Shown here one piece after another: positions 1 to 12,309 of a stretch of DNA of 64,000 bases. The stretch is from Candidatus Hydrothermarchaeum profundi. GTDB taxonomy: Archaea; Hydrothermarchaeota; Hydrothermarchaeia; Hydrothermarchaeales; Hydrothermarchaeaceae. A model generated the notes under the pieces. The model was given only the letters and a program-made list of their open reading frames with translations. It was not told the DNA's origin and searched no databases. Positions within the stretch are counted from its first letter, which is position 1. The number at the start of each line of letters is the position of its first letter. Position numbers and translations under genes: made by a program. The DNA is taken from NCBI GenBank assembly GCA_002011125.2, contig MTMF02000009.1:840989-904988 (forward strand). The letters run 5' to 3'.

Positions 1-62
1 AGAATGTCCGCATGGAAAGTCGATTCCGCGAGGAAAATGTTGCCCTAAGGCTTAGAGCGATT

Positions 63-470
63 TTAAAGTGAAAACATATATTGAGTTGTTGTTGGAAGCT
101 CTCTACGCAATTTCCTTAGATCGGGTCTGTATATGAATGTCTCGTCTTCTCTATAACTTTCTCTCCCGAGAATTTTCGCTACGACCATGCATTCTATCTT
201 ACCACTTATTCTAGCTGTTCCACGGCCGTATTTCCCAGAACTCAATTCTATGTAGATAGGCAGGAAAAGCTTACTGTGATACTCTTTAGGGATAAGTTCT
301 GCAAGCTTTTCTAACTCTTTGATATCAATAGAATGTGCAGTCTCGTCTCTAAGAACAATTTTAGGCTTTTCCTCCTTCAAAAGACTTTTTAGGTCTATCT
401 TCTTTTTTGCCAAGTGCCTATTCATCAAGTCAAGCTGCTTGGCTAAGATTCTACTCGTCCTATCCATCAC
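63..470 (-). CDS. DUF61/UPF0216 family protein
   Basis: 135 aa, ends LPTTTQYMF; overlaps atpD stop, a position typical for this family in euryarchaeal atp operons. Confidence 0.8.
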   Translation of the reverse strand: MMDRTSRILAKQLDLMNRHLAKKKIDLKSLLKEEKPKIVLRDETAHSIDIKELEKLAELIPKEYHSKLFLPIYIELSSGKYGRGTARISGKIECMVVAKILGRESYREDETFIYRPDLRKLRRELPTTTQYMFSL

Positions 471-1099
471 TTCATTTTAGCTTTTATTCTTTTGAGTTTA
501 AAGAAATTCTCCCTCTCCATTTCGTCAAGTCGCATTTCTATATATTTTACTGTTCCATTAACCCTAGGAATAACAATATTCTCAAGAGCATTGACTCTCC
601 TCTTAGTACTCTCAATTTCTTCAGCGAGGAGCATTATGGACTTCTCTTCTTCTGCCAGCTCAGCTATCACGTTAAGAGCCCTTTCAAATCTCCTAGCGGC
701 TTCATCTAACTGAGAAGAAGTATCGGTCAGTCCATATCCCCTTTCGAGAAGGATCCTTTTTGTTTCTCCAAGCTTTAGTACTGGTACCTTTACTCCCATT
801 ATACTTCTCGTTTCTGTCTCGATTTCTTCAGCCGGTTTAACTGCTAAGGAGGCCTCATTAACTTTTGTTGCCCCAAGTGTAGCCTGTGCTAGTATTAGTG
901 CTCTAAAAGCCTGTGCCAGTTCTCTTTCAGTTCTCTTTCGAATCCCTCTAGCCTCTTCTAATATTGCGAAGAACTCCATTATCAGGGCATCTCTTTTTTC
1001 TTTGAGGAGACGGTGGCCTTTTTTTGCCAGCTTGAGTTTATTCTTGAGCTTTAGGAGCTCCATCCTGGTAGGGTTTACACCCTCAATCTTCTCAACCAT
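467..1099 (-). CDS. atpD: A/V-type ATP synthase subunit D
   Basis: [29 protein letters not shown] motifs. Confidence 0.97.
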   Translation of the reverse strand: MVEKIEGVNPTRMELLKLKNKLKLAKKGHRLLKEKRDALIMEFFAILEEARGIRKRTERELAQAFRALILAQATLGATKVNEASLAVKPAEEIETETRSIMGVKVPVLKLGETKRILLERGYGLTDTSSQLDEAARRFERALNVIAELAEEEKSIMLLAEEIESTKRRVNALENIVIPRVNGTVKYIEMRLDEMERENFFKLKRIKAKMK

Positions 1100-1117
1100 T
1101 CTAATCCTCTACGCAGT

Positions 1118-2515
1118 TCAGCTTGACCTATACTTGGGATGATACTTCTTGATGTAGTCTTCCTTTATCCTCTTGAGTTCTCTCTCAGGTAGAATGCTAA
1201 GAAGGTCCCAGCCTATATCAAGCGTGGTTTCTATTGATCTGTCTTCGTCTTTTCCTTGGTTGACGAATTCCCGTTCAAAGCGGTCAGCAAACTCTAAGTA
1301 TTTCTTATCCTTCTCGGTAAGAGCCTCTTCACCAACAACTGCTACAAGGTCTCTCAAGTCTCTACCTTCTGCGTATGCTGAGTATAGCTGATCGCTCACG
1401 TTCGCATGGTCTTCCCTTGTTCTGCCCTCCCCGATTCCTCCTTTCATTAGCCTTGATAGTGATGGAAGTACATCCACTGGAGGATAAATACCCTTTCTAT
1501 GAAGCTCCCTTGATAGAACGAACTGTCCCTCAGTTATATAACCAGTCAAGTCCGGTATAGGGTGTGTTATATCGTCGTCAGGCATTGTTAAAATCGGCAT
1601 TTGAGTGATAGATCCTTTTTTACCTACAACCCTGCCAGCTCTTTCATAAATTGTTGCCAAGTCTGTATACATGTATCCGGGATATCCTCTTCTACCTGGC
1701 ACTTCACTCCTAGCAGCTGCTATCTCCCTTAGAGCTTCACAGTAATTAGTGAGATCGGTTGTTATTACTAGTACGTGCATGTCATGTTCAAATGCGAGAT
1801 ACTCAGCGGTCGTTAAGGCCATTCTTGGAGTAATTATTCTCTCTATCGCAGGATCGTCGGCAAGATTAAGAAAGGCCGTTACCCTTTCAAGAGCTCCAGT
1901 TTTTTCAAAATCCCGCATGAAAAATGAAGCTTCTTCATAAGTTATACCCATGGCCGCAAAAACTACTGCAAATTCTTCTTCCTTTCCCAAAACTTTTGCT
2001 TGTCTTGCTATCTGTGCAGCCAGCTCGTTATGTGGGAGTCCTGAACCAGAAAAGATTGGCAGCTTCTGACCTCTAACCAGAGTATTCATGCAGTCTATTG
2101 TCGAAATACCTGTTTGAATAAAGTCTCTCGGAAACTCCCTCGCAGTAGGGTTCATGGGGTTACCATGTATGTCATACTTATCCTCTGCAATTATCTCTGG
2201 GCCTTTATCGATAGGCCTACCTGTGCCATCGAATATCCTGCCAACCATTTCTATTGAAACAGGCAATTTAACGGTTTCTCCAGTAAACCTTACTTTAGTG
2301 CTTGAGGTGTCTATACCTCTAGTTCCCTCAAATACCTGGACAACAGCCATATTCTCAGCTGCCTCGAGGACTTGTCCTCGGCGTTTCTCGCCTGAAGGAG
2401 TTTCAATCTCTACCACTTCACCATAGCTTACGCCTTCAACCCCTTCCACAATCATCAGGGGCCCGGCTACCTCGCTAACAGATGTATACTCTTTGATCTT
2501 AAGTTCAGGAATCAC
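1118..2515 (-). CDS. atpB: A/V-type ATP synthase subunit B
   Basis: [40 protein letters not shown]. Confidence 0.98.
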   Translation of the reverse strand: MIPELKIKEYTSVSEVAGPLMIVEGVEGVSYGEVVEIETPSGEKRRGQVLEAAENMAVVQVFEGTRGIDTSSTKVRFTGETVKLPVSIEMVGRIFDGTGRPIDKGPEIIAEDKYDIHGNPMNPTAREFPRDFIQTGISTIDCMNTLVRGQKLPIFSGSGLPHNELAAQIARQAKVLGKEEEFAVVFAAMGITYEEASFFMRDFEKTGALERVTAFLNLADDPAIERIITPRMALTTAEYLAFEHDMHVLVITTDLTNYCEALREIAAARSEVPGRRGYPGYMYTDLATIYERAGRVVGKKGSITQMPILTMPDDDITHPIPDLTGYITEGQFVLSRELHRKGIYPPVDVLPSLSRLMKGGIGEGRTREDHANVSDQLYSAYAEGRDLRDLVAVVGEEALTEKDKKYLEFADRFEREFVNQGKDEDRSIETTLDIGWDLLSILPERELKRIKEDYIKKYHPKYRSS

Positions 2516-2520
2516 TTATA

Positions 2521-4287
<1,767 letters not shown>

Positions 4288-4300
4288 TCTTTCACTCCCG

Positions 4301-4618
4301 CTAGAATTTTATCTCAACACCTACAGCTCTTTTGATAAGTTCTTTAATCGGATCAACTTTCTTTTCAATGGGACCTCCTTTGTCTGGTATCTCGACTAGG
4401 AGGGGCATAGTTCGACATTCGAATATAGATTTTGTTTCACTCCTTATTTCATCTGCAATTTTTTCAGTTATGATTATCAAGCCCACGTTTTTATCTTTTA
4501 CTAGCTCTTTTAAAATTGGAACAGCATCTTTGGGCTCTACTACTTCATGTGCGTCTTTTATGCCAGCTAACCTGAAACCTACTATCGTGTCAAAATCTCC
4601 AATTACGCTGATTCTCAT
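4301..4618 (-). CDS. atpF: A/V-type ATP synthase subunit F
   Basis: [16 protein letters not shown], [17 protein letters not shown]. Confidence 0.95.
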   Translation of the reverse strand: MRISVIGDFDTIVGFRLAGIKDAHEVVEPKDAVPILKELVKDKNVGLIIITEKIADEIRSETKSIFECRTMPLLVEIPDKGGPIEKKVDPIKELIKRAVGVEIKF

Positions 4619-4783
4619 TGTCTCACAACTATATGGATAGCCTTATAAATTTTTTGCAGAGTCATCTGGGTTTTTTAATAAAAGCTATTAAGCTTAATGT
4701 GAGATTTCAAATATAAAAATTATTCTTACATATGCGCATCCATTAAGGTAAAAAATTTAAGGCAAAAGAGAAGACAAAATACT

Positions 4784-5068
4784 ATGTATAAAGACGAGCT
4801 TATTCACCTTCATCAGTTACTGGAGTTCATTATGAAGTTTATGACCCGGGAAGGGGTTTCCGAAGAGTATTTCAAAAAATACTTAGAAGCTGGAATATTT
4901 TCTCATCATATATATAAGACGAAAGAAGAACATGAATATGCCGTATTACTTCTTTCAAGTGAACTCTCCAATCTCCTAGCTAAAACTTATGATGACATCC
5001 CGGAAAGCGTTTCCCAGAGATTTGAAAAGCTTGCAGAGAGGGCAAAAAATAGGCGGAGTAAAGGGTAA
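4784..5068 (+). CDS. UPF0058 family protein
   Basis: MYKDELIHLHQ...HIYKTKEEHEYAV pattern, 94 aa. Confidence 0.8.
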   Translation: MYKDELIHLHQLLEFIMKFMTREGVSEEYFKKYLEAGIFSHHIYKTKEEHEYAVLLLSSELSNLLAKTYDDIPESVSQRFEKLAERAKNRRSKG

Positions 5069-5075
5069 TGAGAGA

Positions 5076-5603
5076 ATGCGCCTTTTACTACACGTATGTT
5101 GCGCTCCGGATTTAACGCATCCGTTCACTTTATTAAGGGAGGATTATAGTGTTTCTGCTTTCTTCTATAATCCGAATATCCATCCAGAGGAAGAGTATTA
5201 TAAAAGGATAGGTGAAACAAGAAAATTATCTAAGCTTTGGGGGATTCCATTATTGGAAGGGGAGTATAACGCGGAGGACTGGTTTAACATCACTGCTCAG
5301 TATAAAAACGAGCCAGAAGGCGGCAAAAGGTGTGAGCTTTGTTTCAAGTTTCGTTTGGAAAAAACCGCTCAACTTGCTAAAGAAAAAGGATACTCCATTT
5401 TCTGCACTACTCTCACAATAAGCCCCCATAAGAATAGCAATATAATAAACAGGTTAGGTAAAGAAATAGGTGAAAAGTATGGTATCCACTACTTGGAGAG
5501 TGATTTTAAAAAGAAAGACGGATTTAAAAAGAGTGTAGAAATTAGTAAAAAACTAGGATTATATAGGCAAAAATACTGTGGCTGCATTTATTCAATGAAA
5601 TAA
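5076..5603 (+). CDS. queH: Epoxyqueuosine reductase QueH (DUF208) family
   Basis: LLLHVCCAPD, YNPNIHP, EGGKRCELCF, TTLTISPHK, YRQKYCGC; start set at ATG 5076 (MRLLLH) to avoid a long overlap with the upstream gene. Confidence 0.9.
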   Translation: MRLLLHVCCAPDLTHPFTLLREDYSVSAFFYNPNIHPEEEYYKRIGETRKLSKLWGIPLLEGEYNAEDWFNITAQYKNEPEGGKRCELCFKFRLEKTAQLAKEKGYSIFCTTLTISPHKNSNIINRLGKEIGEKYGIHYLESDFKKKDGFKKSVEISKKLGLYRQKYCGCIYSMK

Positions 5604-5653
5604 TGAAATCACTAAACTTTAAGTATAAATAATAATAAAAAAAGCAGGGGAAA

Positions 5654-6583
5654 ATGGAAACATATGATGTTATAGTTATAGGAGCAGGACCTGCAGGGCT
5701 TAGTGCAGCAATTTATACTGCAAGAGCAGGGTTAAAAACCTTGATATTGGAGCGAGAGTTCCCTGGTGGGAGACTCGCAAAGGCTCCTAAAATAGAAAAT
5801 TATCCTGGCGTTATGAAAACTTCTGGCCCGGAGCTTGTTGCGACTATGAAACAGCAAGCTGAAAGATTTGGAGCTGAGATCCGGTCTGGTGAAGATGTAG
5901 TTCAGTTGGAATTGGCTGGAGATGAAAAAATTGTCCGCACCCATAGTGGCAATGCCTTTAAGGCTTTGGCAGTTATAGTCGCAATCGGAACTAATAAGAA
6001 AAAGCTGGTAGTACCTGGTGAAGAGAAGTTCTTAGGTTCGGGGGTTTCTTACTGTGCTATATGTGATGCCCCGTTTTACAGGGATAAAGTTGTAGTGATA
6101 GTTGGAAATGGGCAGGAGGCGGGTGAAGAAGCTATCATCCTATCGGAGTTTGCAAAAGAGGTAATTATTATTCCTAACGGGGAACTTGAAATGGAACATG
6201 CGTTATTGGAGGACTTAAAGAATAAGAGTAACGTGAGTATCTTGGAGGATACAAGGGTAAGAGAAATCAAGGGAGATTCGATGGTTAGCAGTATTTTAGT
6301 AGAGGATTTAAATGGCGATAACGGTAGGGAAATACCCGTTGGAGGCGTTTTCATCTCGCTTGGAGGGGTTCCGATGTCCAATGTGATAAAAAATGCGGGA
6401 ATAAATGTAGATAATGGCGGGTGCATTATTGTTGATAGGAATCAGCGAACAAACATTGAGGGAGTTTTTGCCGCTGGAGAATGTACTTGTGGGGGTATGC
6501 AGGCTATAACATCAGCGGGTGAGGGGGCTATGGCGGGGATAAAAGCCTCAAGCTACGTTAAGAAAAAGAAAAGGGGAAAATGA
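5654..6583 (+). CDS. trxB: Thioredoxin-disulfide reductase family flavoprotein
   Basis: GAGPAGLSAAIY, IENYPG, GVSYCAICD redox CxxC. Confidence 0.88.
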   Translation: METYDVIVIGAGPAGLSAAIYTARAGLKTLILEREFPGGRLAKAPKIENYPGVMKTSGPELVATMKQQAERFGAEIRSGEDVVQLELAGDEKIVRTHSGNAFKALAVIVAIGTNKKKLVVPGEEKFLGSGVSYCAICDAPFYRDKVVVIVGNGQEAGEEAIILSEFAKEVIIIPNGELEMEHALLEDLKNKSNVSILEDTRVREIKGDSMVSSILVEDLNGDNGREIPVGGVFISLGGVPMSNVIKNAGINVDNGGCIIVDRNQRTNIEGVFAAGECTCGGMQAITSAGEGAMAGIKASSYVKKKKRGK

Positions 6584-6725
6584 GGTTATCTTCCGTTCAT
6601 AAGTCCAAATTTTTGATGGATAAAATAATTGTAGTTGAAAATAACCTTAAAAAGATGGTAGCCCCTAATTATTGATTTTAGGGTATATAAAAAATAAAAA
6701 AAGAGCTTGGTTGAGGCAAAAATAA

Positions 6726-6938
6726 TTAGCAGGAGCTATGAACAATAGCTTCTTCAGGACAAGCTTCAACGCAGGCACAGCATTCTATACATTCTTCGAC
6801 ATTTGGGGCGGTAGATTTTCCGTCCACAAGCTCGTATACACTTACAGGACACACATCGACACAATCGCCATGTCCCTTGCATTTATCGTGGTCAATATTT
6901 ATCGTTACCACGTCTGACTTAAATGTTTTTACAACCAT
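6726..6938 (-). CDS. Dicluster-type ferredoxin
   Basis: CKGHGDCVDVCP and CIECCACVEACP; GGAGGT RBS upstream. Confidence 0.92.
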   Translation of the reverse strand: MVVKTFKSDVVTINIDHDKCKGHGDCVDVCPVSVYELVDGKSTAPNVEECIECCACVEACPEEAIVHSSC

Positions 6939-7097
6939 CGTTTACCTCCTTTTTTGGATTTTTTAAGGATAAATTAATCCGCATACAAAATGAGGCCGGA
7001 TTTTTAACTTCACTTCTTATTTTTTAAAGTCTTATTGTAATATATCGAAAGTCTTTTCTAAATCTTCTGAGTATACCTCCAACGTAGGTTGATTTAA

Positions 7098-8042
7098 ATG
7101 GACAAGGATACGATAATGGCAATTGCTGACGCATATAGGGAGTCTAAAATCCTCCTTGCTGCCAATGAGTATGATATCTTCACTATTCTATCAAAAAGAC
7201 CGTTAATGTCTGTAGAGCTGGCAGAGTTAGTTAACGCAGACACTAGGGCATTGGAATTGTTGATGAACTCTCTTGTCGCCATGGGGTTTTTGAAAAAGAA
7301 TCGTGATAAATATTCAAACACTAAGGTTGCTGAAAAATACTTGGTTAAAAATACGCCTGATTATATTGGAGACTGGGTAAGACACGCAAATGATGGATAC
7401 CTTACTTGGGGCCGTCTTGAAGAGAGGGTATTTAAGAGCAAGCCTGTGAGAAAAGATTGGAAGGAGAGGTTTCTTAGGGCACTTGATAATACAGCTATTG
7501 AAAAGGCAGAAGAAATAATGGATAAGGTAGAATTAAAAGGGAAATGCCTACTAGATTTAGGCGGTGGTTCTGGAGCTTATTCCTGGGTTTTCGTTAAAAA
7601 ACGGGGAGGTAAGGCAACTATTGTTGAGACTCCAGAGATGGCTGATTTTACGAGGAAAATCCTTCAAGAAAAAAATGCGGAAAACATAGACGTTATTGAG
7701 GGGGATTTTTTAAAAGACCCTATTGGAGAAAGCTATGATATTGCTCTTATTTCTAACATAATCCACTTTCAAAGCATCGAGGAGAATAAGCTATTAATAA
7801 AGCGAGCATACCAAGCGCTTGTTAGGGGAGGTGCGGTGGTTATACATGATTATCTCCTTAATGATGATATGACAAGTCCTAGATTTGCAACGATATTTGC
7901 TATACATATGCTTTTAAATTCTGATGAAGGGAGGACCTATTCTTGGAGTGAGGTAGAGGGTTGGCTTAGAGAAGCAGGCTTCAGGGATCTACGCAGGTAT
8001 CAGCTTAAAGAGAGCAGGATTATAACCGGGGTGAAGCATTGA
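7098..8042 (+). CDS. O-methyltransferase (Methyltransf_2 with dimerisation domain)
   Basis: N-terminal wHTH dimerisation region, LDLGGGSG, GDFL, SNIIH, GRTYS. Confidence 0.88.
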   Translation: MDKDTIMAIADAYRESKILLAANEYDIFTILSKRPLMSVELAELVNADTRALELLMNSLVAMGFLKKNRDKYSNTKVAEKYLVKNTPDYIGDWVRHANDGYLTWGRLEERVFKSKPVRKDWKERFLRALDNTAIEKAEEIMDKVELKGKCLLDLGGGSGAYSWVFVKKRGGKATIVETPEMADFTRKILQEKNAENIDVIEGDFLKDPIGESYDIALISNIIHFQSIEENKLLIKRAYQALVRGGAVVIHDYLLNDDMTSPRFATIFAIHMLLNSDEGRTYSWSEVEGWLREAGFRDLRRYQLKESRIITGVKH

Positions 8043-8671
8043 AGGAGGATGAGAGGGCAGTAGAAATAATAAAGCGCCTTAAAAAGGAATATTCGAATGC
8101 TAGGACTTCCCTAAAGTTTTCAAACAATTTCGAGATACTTGTTGCGACTATGCTTTCTGCTCAGAGCACAGACAAGCAGGTAAATAAAGTAACTCAAGAG
8201 CTTTTCAAAAAATACCGTAAGCCTGAGGACTACGTAAATGCTCCTCTAAGTGAACTTGAAGAAGACATTAAATCGTTGGGTATTTACCGGAACAAAGCTA
8301 GGAACATTAAAGAGACGGCTAGGATGATAGTTGAAAAGTATGGTTCTAAAGTACCAAAAACTATGGCTGAACTCCTTACTTTGCCCGGAGTTGCACGAAA
8401 AACCGCGAATATAGTTTTAGGGAACGCATATGGTATTGTAGAGGGGATAGCAGTAGACACCCATGTCACAAGGCTCTCTAGAAGGTTAGGTTTGACAAAA
8501 CACAGAGACCAGAACAAGATAGAGAGAGACCTTATGAAAATAATACCTAAAGAAGAATGGTTTAATATAACAAATCTTATGATAGCGCATGGTAGAGCGG
8601 TTTGCGTTGCAAGGAATCCGGCTCATGATAAATGCGTTTTATATGACTTATGTCCCTCTAGGGATACGTAG
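8039..8671 (+). CDS. nth: Endonuclease III
   Basis: LSAQSTD, HhH LPGVARKTAN, AVDTHV, C-terminal Cys cluster. Confidence 0.95.
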   Translation: MKEDERAVEIIKRLKKEYSNARTSLKFSNNFEILVATMLSAQSTDKQVNKVTQELFKKYRKPEDYVNAPLSELEEDIKSLGIYRNKARNIKETARMIVEKYGSKVPKTMAELLTLPGVARKTANIVLGNAYGIVEGIAVDTHVTRLSRRLGLTKHRDQNKIERDLMKIIPKEEWFNITNLMIAHGRAVCVARNPAHDKCVLYDLCPSRDT

Positions 8672-8672
8672 G

Positions 8673-9389
8673 CTACTTCTTTATTGCTTTGTATATCTTC
8701 CACTCCCGATACGCTCTATACGAGTCAGATTTCGAAAATGAGCGCAATCCGGCCTTCACGAATAATAGAGGCAGTACTTCGAAAGGCGTATTAAACGCAA
8801 GGAAACCGCCCAGTACTATAAGAGTCCAGCTAGGGGCTCCCAATAAATATGCCATAGCAAGGAAAAGCAAAAAGACAAGAGTGCTTATTATAGGTCCGGT
8901 CGCATGCATTATAGCTCTGTGGAGAGGATCAGCCCTCAGATAGGTCGAGTAATCTGTTTTTAGAGTAGGCTCTATTAAGGCAGGTCCGTCTGGAAAATAG
9001 TATAGGAACCGTATTCCGAATATTCTTCCTACTAGATAGTGCACCAAAGGATGTAGTGTTGTCATTAAGGCAAACGCTCCTATTACTAGGCCAATACCCG
9101 GGATATTTCCTGGGGTTTTGGCTGTATAAAAAACTAGAGTAATAGAAGCTAATGTGGCCGCTATTTCAATTGCATGACCAATATTTAGTGGCATAGTAAT
9201 TTTTGCCCATTTTCGGAAAATCGCCGCGTCTATCCTGCCTATCTGGTCCGCAAACTCCTCGATTAATTCTGGGTTTCTCTTGACTAAGGATACTACCCTA
9301 TAGAAACCCATCTCCTTTACTTGGTAGTTACCTCTCTTGACCTCGCCCTCGATATAATCTAATTTTTTCTTTATCTCATGTTTCTCCAT
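8673..9389 (-). CDS. Membrane protein with degenerate M50/S2P-like motifs
   Basis: Several hydrophobic helices, HPLVH and ATGP motifs; start chosen at MEKHE. Confidence 0.55.
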   Translation of the reverse strand: MEKHEIKKKLDYIEGEVKRGNYQVKEMGFYRVVSLVKRNPELIEEFADQIGRIDAAIFRKWAKITMPLNIGHAIEIAATLASITLVFYTAKTPGNIPGIGLVIGAFALMTTLHPLVHYLVGRIFGIRFLYYFPDGPALIEPTLKTDYSTYLRADPLHRAIMHATGPIISTLVFLLFLAMAYLLGAPSWTLIVLGGFLAFNTPFEVLPLLFVKAGLRSFSKSDSYRAYREWKIYKAIKK

Positions 9390-9477
9390 TGAAATAAGAG
9401 TATTATCTCCGAAGCATATAATCTTAACCAAGAAGAGGTGGAACCGTAAGGTGTCGCTTTAGAGCTACCGCAGGATT

Positions 9478-10668
9478 TTAAGGTCTTTTCTTCAAAAGAA
9501 GTTTCATAAACTCTTCTCCTACCAGAGAACCAGCTCTCCCGCTCTTAGCAGCTATTTCATTGAATTCAGTAACACTATCCTTCTCATTAATAGAAGAGTA
9601 TATAGAGAAAGGAACTGGGGTTTTAATATGAGTTCTAACCTTGATAGGCGTGAAATGATCAGGTAAAACCGCTATCTTATATTCTCCTTCTAGCTTATCA
9701 AGTACCCTGCCTAATAGTCTGCGATCAAAATCTTCAATTGTCTTGATTTTCATCTCTAAGTCCCCTGCGTGAGCCGCTTCATCAATGGCTTCAACATGAA
9801 CGTATACGTAATCATGATCTTCAAGGGCTTTGAGGGCGTAGTCCGCTTTTCCCTCATAGTTTGTATCGTAGTATCCTGTTGCACCGGGAACATTTATTAC
9901 ACTCATGCCTGCGTAGACGCCTATCCCCTTGATAAGGTCCACGGCCGAAACTATGGCTCCCTTCACACCATACTTTTGAAATAGGGTTTCCATCTGGGGT
10001 CTTTTTCCCTGTCCCCACAGCCATATCATATTCGCAGGGTTTTTACCTTTCTCCTCCCTTTCAATATTAATAGGGTGCTTAGATAGTATGTTCTTTGAAT
10101 CTAGAATCATATCATTTAGTTTTTCAGCGATGGGGTTATCTCTTGGTTTTATGAGATGATCGGAAATCGTTCCTCCAATTACATCGTGTGGAGGCGTACA
10201 TATTAGATCCTCATCAGCCTCTCTCAATAAAAAGAGATGTCTATAGCTTACACCTGCGTAGAATTCTCCAATCTCACTATAAGATTCGTTGAGTGTATCG
10301 ATTAGTTTTTTAGCCTCCTCAGTGGAGATATGGTCAGCACAGTAGTCTGCTAGTTTTCCGTCTTTCTCGGTTATAAGATTACACCTAAAAGCAATATCCT
10401 TTGAACCCATCTTTACCCCTATACTCGCAGCCTCTAAAGGGCCTCGCCCAGTATAATATTTTCGAGGATCGTAACCAAGAATTGAAAGATTAGCTACATC
10501 AGAGCCTGCGCCCATCTCCTCAGGTATAGTCTTAAGGGTGCCGCTTACACCTCTTGCAGCGACCTCGTCCATATTTGGTGTATTAGCTACTTGAAGCGGG
10601 GTTTTACCTCCAAGCTCTTTTATCGGGTAGTCTGCCATCCCGTCTCCAACTACAACAAGGTATTTCAT
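9478..10668 (-). CDS. apgM: Cofactor-independent phosphoglycerate mutase family (proposed homoserine kinase subfamily)
   Basis: GDGMAD, GSDVANLS, GRGPLEA, DEAAH, PDHFTP; lies downstream of hom. Confidence 0.9.
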   Translation of the reverse strand: MKYLVVVGDGMADYPIKELGGKTPLQVANTPNMDEVAARGVSGTLKTIPEEMGAGSDVANLSILGYDPRKYYTGRGPLEAASIGVKMGSKDIAFRCNLITEKDGKLADYCADHISTEEAKKLIDTLNESYSEIGEFYAGVSYRHLFLLREADEDLICTPPHDVIGGTISDHLIKPRDNPIAEKLNDMILDSKNILSKHPINIEREEKGKNPANMIWLWGQGKRPQMETLFQKYGVKGAIVSAVDLIKGIGVYAGMSVINVPGATGYYDTNYEGKADYALKALEDHDYVYVHVEAIDEAAHAGDLEMKIKTIEDFDRRLLGRVLDKLEGEYKIAVLPDHFTPIKVRTHIKTPVPFSIYSSINEKDSVTEFNEIAAKSGRAGSLVGEEFMKLLLKKRP

Positions 10669-10722
10669 GGCTCAAGAACTGAAAAGATTGACGTTAAAAA
10701 TTTTTTCTTGGGCGATAGAAAT

Positions 10723-11730
10723 CTAGCTCCTTTTTCTCCATATGCTGATTATATCGCTAAGCAATGCACTGTTGGTCTCAATCGCCCCTGCGCCTTTCCC
10801 GACTATAGTGATCTCTCCTGCTATGTCTGTTTCGAACATTGCTACGTTAAGGGCACCATCTACATTTAACGGATGATTGACAGGAACTAGCCTAGGAGAG
10901 ACCTCTAACCTGCTGTTTCTAACTTCCCCTATAAGTTTTATTACATATCCCTCTTCTTTAGCGAGTTTGACGGCCTCCAAAGTCACCCTTCTTATCCCCT
11001 TCACTCGGACATCCTTATACGAGACATCCATACCCATTAATGCATTCGCTAGGATAACGAGCTTGCTAGCCGTATCAATGCCATCAATGTCGTAAGATGG
11101 GTCTGCCTCAGCAATTCCTAGCTCCTGAGACTCCCTTAGGACTATATCAAAAGGGCTTTCTTTCCTGTGCATTCCCGTCAAAATGTAGTTTGTGGTACCG
11201 TTAAGAATTCCTTCGATAGCGATTATGTCATCCCCGGATAAGCATTCTCTGGCGAGATTTATTATAGGCATGGCTCCTCCGGCAGTGGCTTCATATTTGA
11301 ATTCTACCCCGGTTTTAGATGCAGCCTCTTTCAATTTTTTAAAGCTAAGTGCGAGGGGGCCCTTATTTGAGGTCACGACATGCTTTCCAATCTCAAAGGC
11401 TTTTAGCATATGGCTCATTCCAGGTTCTCCGGTTTCTATGTTGGAGGGAGTCGCTTCTACCACAACATCTGCGGGTACTTCTTCTATTGCCTCAAGACCC
11501 GAAATCTTCTTAGCTCCTGGATAGTCTATTATTTTGCCTGTTTTTTCCATAGTTGCAAGCGCTTTCTGTAAGTTTAGTCCTTTCTCGTCTATTGCGGTGC
11601 CGCTTATATCGGATATCGAAACGACTTGTAGATCTATACCATACCTCTCCCTAAGGCTCCTTGTTTTCTTCAGTAATACCTGAGCAAAGCCTTGGCCGAT
11701 GTTGCCAAACCCTACAAGTTGAACCTTCAT
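10723..11730 (-). CDS. hom: Homoserine dehydrogenase
   Basis: [42 protein letters not shown]. Confidence 0.96.
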   Translation of the reverse strand: MKVQLVGFGNIGQGFAQVLLKKTRSLRERYGIDLQVVSISDISGTAIDEKGLNLQKALATMEKTGKIIDYPGAKKISGLEAIEEVPADVVVEATPSNIETGEPGMSHMLKAFEIGKHVVTSNKGPLALSFKKLKEAASKTGVEFKYEATAGGAMPIINLARECLSGDDIIAIEGILNGTTNYILTGMHRKESPFDIVLRESQELGIAEADPSYDIDGIDTASKLVILANALMGMDVSYKDVRVKGIRRVTLEAVKLAKEEGYVIKLIGEVRNSRLEVSPRLVPVNHPLNVDGALNVAMFETDIAGEITIVGKGAGAIETNSALLSDIISIWRKRS

Positions 11731-12233
11731 TGTCTACCTCCCCATAGAGACTTTATAATAAACAGGTCTTTTTCTTCTGCGATTTCCTCTAGCCTCTCTA
11801 AGGCTTTTTTTACCTTCGCATGTCCGGAAACCTCTATCTCCATCCTAGCAGATGACTCTTTTTCTGGATCCGGCATAGCTAGAGCTACATCCGCAACCAT
11901 AACGCCTTCGATTTCGTTTAACCGATCTATTGTATCTCTTAAGTCTGTGTCGACAATATGTCCAGTAATTACTACGACTATCTTCTCCTTTCTTTTTACC
12001 TCACCAAGCTTGGAAACCCAAATATCTCTTTTTTCAAGCTCGTTTACTATCTTGTTCAATCTATCAGGGTCTTTAACCTCAAAGGTTATATGTACAGGTA
12101 CTCTACCCCCTTTTATGGCTTCCCGCAGATGAACGATGCTTATGATATTCCCGCCGTATTCTGAAATAGGCTCTAGGGCTTTAACTAGCTGCCCTGGAAT
12201 ATCCTTTAGGACCATGTCGAGACTTACTTTCAT
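11727..12233 (-). CDS. ACT-domain allosteric regulator of homoserine dehydrogenase
   Basis: [24 protein letters not shown]; ATGA overlap with hom. Confidence 0.88.
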   Translation of the reverse strand: MKVSLDMVLKDIPGQLVKALEPISEYGGNIISIVHLREAIKGGRVPVHITFEVKDPDRLNKIVNELEKRDIWVSKLGEVKRKEKIVVVITGHIVDTDLRDTIDRLNEIEGVMVADVALAMPDPEKESSARMEIEVSGHAKVKKALERLEEIAEEKDLFIIKSLWGGRQ

Positions 12234-12309
12234 GGTTTCTTGTTACCCGGATTTCTTTTTAATTCTTTCGCAAATAGAATTATAATATCCTAGGGAGAAA
12301 TAGATACCG

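Noticed and set aside
6976-7002. AATCCG...CGGATT inverted repeat upstream of the ferredoxin
   Set aside because: Only a 6-bp stem in one copy; insufficient to call an operator
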